From NCBI GenBank assembly GCA_037917625.1, contig JAVCBY010000099.1:1-28661 (forward strand): a stretch of 28,661 nt of DNA. Reading direction: 5' to 3'. This DNA comes from Thermoproteota archaeon (GTDB taxonomy: Archaea; Korarchaeota; Korarchaeia; Korarchaeales; Korarchaeaceae). The notes under the pieces are model-generated. The model was given only the letters and a program-made list of their open reading frames with translations, was not told the DNA's origin and did not search any database. Below, one piece after another: positions 26,310 to 28,661 of the stretch. Made by a program: the position numbers and the translations under genes. Numbering within the stretch: position 1 is the stretch's first letter; every line of letters starts with the position of its first letter.

Positions 26310-26471
26310 CTATTTCTCATCAAGTGATGGAGTAATAAAGGTGAGGGGCCTCACTACCATCAGTGCGATCCCCATCCATGACTTAGATTCACTTGCCTCA
26401 GGATGGTCTCTCGAGATAGAGGCTTCTATGAGCCCCTTACAGTGCAGTATATTGAAGCGATCCCTCATGGT

Positions 26472-26591
26472 AAAGTTTTTATATTGAGAATGAACCTCAG
26501 GGAGGTGTGCAGCTTGAGGAGGGATCGAGAAACTTCTTAGCTGCTCGAGATCCCTGAGACTCCATTCATCTGAGTCCGGGAGGTGTCCATT
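26472..26591 (+). promoter_or_regulatory. thrS promoter and structured 5' leader with a uORF
   Basis: AAAGTTTTTATA at 26472-26483, GGGAGGTGT twice (26500, 26578), several inverted repeats, and an 8-codon uORF at 26514-26540. Confidence 0.45.
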
Positions 26592-28508
26592 TTGGTCAAA
26601 GTCATAATGCCAGATGGAACCATCTTGAGCGCTGAAGAGGGGAAGAGGATCTTGGATGTGATACCTAAGGGCGTCGGACTAATAGCTGAGGCATCAGGGA
26701 GACTCTTGGACCTCTCGACAGTGATAAGTGAAGATTTAGGCGAGATAAGAGTCCTTGACTTCAACAGAAGGGAGGGAAGAGAGGCTTATTGGCACACAAC
26801 ATCTCACATATTAGCTCAAGCCGTGAAGAGGCTCTTTAAGGAAGCTAAGCTCGGAATAGGTCCTCCTATAGAGGAGGGCTTCTACTACGAATTCGATTTA
26901 GGGGGTAAAACTTTCTCTCAGGAGGACTTGGAGCTGATAGAGGTTGAGATGGGGAGGATAGTCGAGGAGGATATTGAGATAGTGAGGGAAGAGATGAGGA
27001 GGGAAGAGGCTATAGCTCTCTTCAGGGAAGCGGGGGAGCCATATAAAGTGGAGCTCTTGGAGGAGATGGAGGAGCCAGTAGTATCGATATATAGGCAGGG
27101 GGAGTTCTTCGACCTCTGCAGAGGCCCTCATTTACCTTCAACTGGTTATGTTAAGTATGTGAAGCTGCTTCAGGTATCCTCATCCTACTGGAGGGGGGAT
27201 GAGAGGAATCCGGTGATGCAGAGAGTCTATGGTATATCCTTCCCCTCAAAGGAGATGCTAGATGAGTTCTTAATGAGGAGGGAGGAGATAAGGAAGAGGG
27301 ATCATAGGGTTATAGGGCCTCAACTAGATCTTTTCTCGATGCCATCTGAGATAATAGGTCCCGGTCTGATCTTATGGCATCCCAAGGGCGCTAGAGCTAG
27401 ACGCATTATAGAGGAATTCTTGGTGAGGGTCCACTTGAGCAGGGGTTACGAGCTCGTCTACTCACCTCATATAGCTTACAGCACACTCTGGAAGATCTCG
27501 GGGCACTTAGATTACTACAGAGACTATATGTACGTGTTCGAGAAGGAGGGGATGGAGCACGCTGTAAAGCCTATGAACTGCCCCTTCCACATATTAATCT
27601 ATAAATCGAAGAGGAGGAGCTACAGAGAGCTTCCATTGAGGTTATTCGAGCTCGGGACTGTCTATAGGTTCGAGAAATCTGGTGTGCTTCACGGCTTGCT
27701 TAGAGCGAGGGGATTCACTCAAGATGATGCTCACATATTCACCACTAAGGAGGACCTGGAGGATGAAGTGATAGGGCTCATAGATCTCAATGAGTACTTG
27801 ATGAGTTCCTTCGGTTTCGAGGAACTCAAAGTGGAGGTATCTACTTGGGATCCGAGGAGGAGATCCGATTACATGGGCTCTGATGAGGATTGGTCAGCTG
27901 CTCAATCCTCCTTAGAGGGCGCTCTGAGGAGGAAGGGGTATAGATATGAGATCATGGAGGGGGAGGCGGCATTTTACGGTCCTAAGATAGACATGAAGCT
28001 CATAGATTCGATAGGGAGGGAGTGGCAACTCAGCACGATACAGATAGACTTCAACCTCCCGAAGAGATTCGATCTCAAGTATGTGAGAGCTGATGGGAGC
28101 GAGGAGCACGTCGTAATGATACACAGAGCCCTATTGGGATCTATAGAGAGGTTCTTCGGGATACTCCTGGAGCACTACTCTGGGAACTTCCCATTATGGG
28201 TAGCTCCGATTCAACTGAGGATACTGCCAGTCTCCCAAGCTCAAGAGGAGAGAGCGGAGGAGCTCTTATCTCATCTGATAGCTAGAGGGGTTAGGGCAGA
28301 TGTTAGGAAAGCGGATTCGACTCTCAGTTACAGGATAAGGGAGAGCGAGCTTGAGAAAATACCAATAATTGCGATAATAGGGGATAGGGAGATGAGGACA
28401 GGTGAGATATCAGTTAGGGTCAAGGGGAAGGAGAACTTGGGGAGCATGAGCTTGGATGATTTCTTCAGGGCCTTCGGGAAGGAACTGCTCCCCCCAGATA
28501 TGAGGTAA
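26592..28508 (+). CDS. thrS: Threonyl-tRNA synthetase, bacterial/eukaryal-type architecture (TGS + N2 editing domain)
   Basis: WHTTSHILAQA, GPPIEEGFYY, DLCRGPH, RDHR, KPMNCPFH, RGFTQDDAH, AFYGPKID and IHRA..GSIERF. TTG 26592 chosen as start (GGAGGTG 6 nt upstream). Confidence 0.97.
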   Translation: MVKVIMPDGTILSAEEGKRILDVIPKGVGLIAEASGRLLDLSTVISEDLGEIRVLDFNRREGREAYWHTTSHILAQAVKRLFKEAKLGIGPPIEEGFYYEFDLGGKTFSQEDLELIEVEMGRIVEEDIEIVREEMRREEAIALFREAGEPYKVELLEEMEEPVVSIYRQGEFFDLCRGPHLPSTGYVKYVKLLQVSSSYWRGDERNPVMQRVYGISFPSKEMLDEFLMRREEIRKRDHRVIGPQLDLFSMPSEIIGPGLILWHPKGARARRIIEEFLVRVHLSRGYELVYSPHIAYSTLWKISGHLDYYRDYMYVFEKEGMEHAVKPMNCPFHILIYKSKRRSYRELPLRLFELGTVYRFEKSGVLHGLLRARGFTQDDAHIFTTKEDLEDEVIGLIDLNEYLMSSFGFEELKVEVSTWDPRRRSDYMGSDEDWSAAQSSLEGALRRKGYRYEIMEGEAAFYGPKIDMKLIDSIGREWQLSTIQIDFNLPKRFDLKYVRADGSEEHVVMIHRALLGSIERFFGILLEHYSGNFPLWVAPIQLRILPVSQAQEERAEELLSHLIARGVRADVRKADSTLSYRIRESELEKIPIIAIIGDREMRTGEISVRVKGKENLGSMSLDDFFRAFGKELLPPDMR

Positions 28509-28510
28509 CA

Positions 28511-28520
28511 TTTTTTATTT
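28511..28520 (+). terminator. Oligo-T tract after thrS (terminator, possibly also the TATA box of the next gene)
   Basis: TTTTTTATTT two nt after the thrS TAA. Confidence 0.55.
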
Positions 28521-28539
28521 CTCCTTGGGCTGTCCGCGT

Positions 28540-28661
28540 ATGAAACGGGGAGCCACGCTATTGGGTGCTTTAGCGATAATAGTCCCCCTATCCTCAATAT
28601 TACTCTCGATATACCTCTCACCATGGTTCAGGTGGGAGAAGAATGCATTAAGCGATCTAGG
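28540..28661 (+). CDS. DUF998-like membrane protein (5' part, runs off the right edge)
   Basis: Manual translation MKRGATLLGALAIIVPLSSILLSIYLSPWFRWEKNALSDL(G). SPWF.W..NALSDLG is typical of archaeal DUF998 proteins. Confidence 0.75.
   Translation, partial: MKRGATLLGALAIIVPLSSILLSIYLSPWFRWEKNALSDL

Noticed and set aside
26310..26468. 52-aa minus-strand ORF in frame with the MNT-like gene and separated from it only by TAG (read-through or pyrrolysine idea)
   Set aside because: No recognisable motif. The MNT-like gene has its own TATA-like element about 25 nt upstream and a normal length, and no pyl genes are in view.
25339..26470. Mobile element around the MNT-HEPN pair
   Set aside because: No transposase or integrase, terminal inverted repeats or target-site duplication were seen.
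26515..26573. C/D box sRNA in the thrS leader (TGAGGA ... CTGA)
   Set aside because: The C box is imperfect and there is no properly spaced D'/C' pair.
28328..28624. 98-aa minus-strand ORF at the right end
   Set aside because: Overlaps thrS antisense. The plus-strand DUF998-like frame from 28540 explains the region better.

Overview
Gene-dense archaeal chromosomal segment. Archaeal BRE/TATA promoters, GGAGGTG/GGTGATC Shine-Dalgarno sites, AGG/ATA-rich codon use and the gene content point to a thermophilic TACK archaeon, plausibly Korarchaeum-like (inference, not checked by search). Most genes are housekeeping: three aminoacyl-tRNA synthetases (cysS, serS, bacterial-type thrS) plus an AlaX editing protein, an aroC / chorismate mutase-aminotransferase fusion / tyrA cluster, spermidine synthase-like and nitrilase-family enzymes, malic enzyme, a membrane pyrophosphatase, a PPP phosphatase, an MFS transporter, a GlcD/GlcF-like oxidoreductase pair and an MNT-like/HEPN pair. 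No rRNA, tRNA, CRISPR array or transposase was seen. Four ORFs missing from the supplied track were read by hand: a TlpA-like redoxin at the left edge, a DUF998-like gene at the right edge, a 57-aa hydrophobic ORF and an 8-codon uORF before thrS. The most unusual signals are: (1) a cell-surface set made of an orphan VirB2/CedA1-like pilin candidate beside a multi-CARDB protein, plus two secreted proteins sharing one anchoring-type domain; (2) a membrane-anchored nitroreductase coupled to a two-helix, His-bearing mini-cytochrome-b candidate beside a DUF4430 protein; (3) a structured thrS leader with a duplicated SD and a uORF; (4) a domain-permuted GlcF-like protein; (5) an AT-rich intergenic region of about 700 bp with a perfect 24-bp palindrome.
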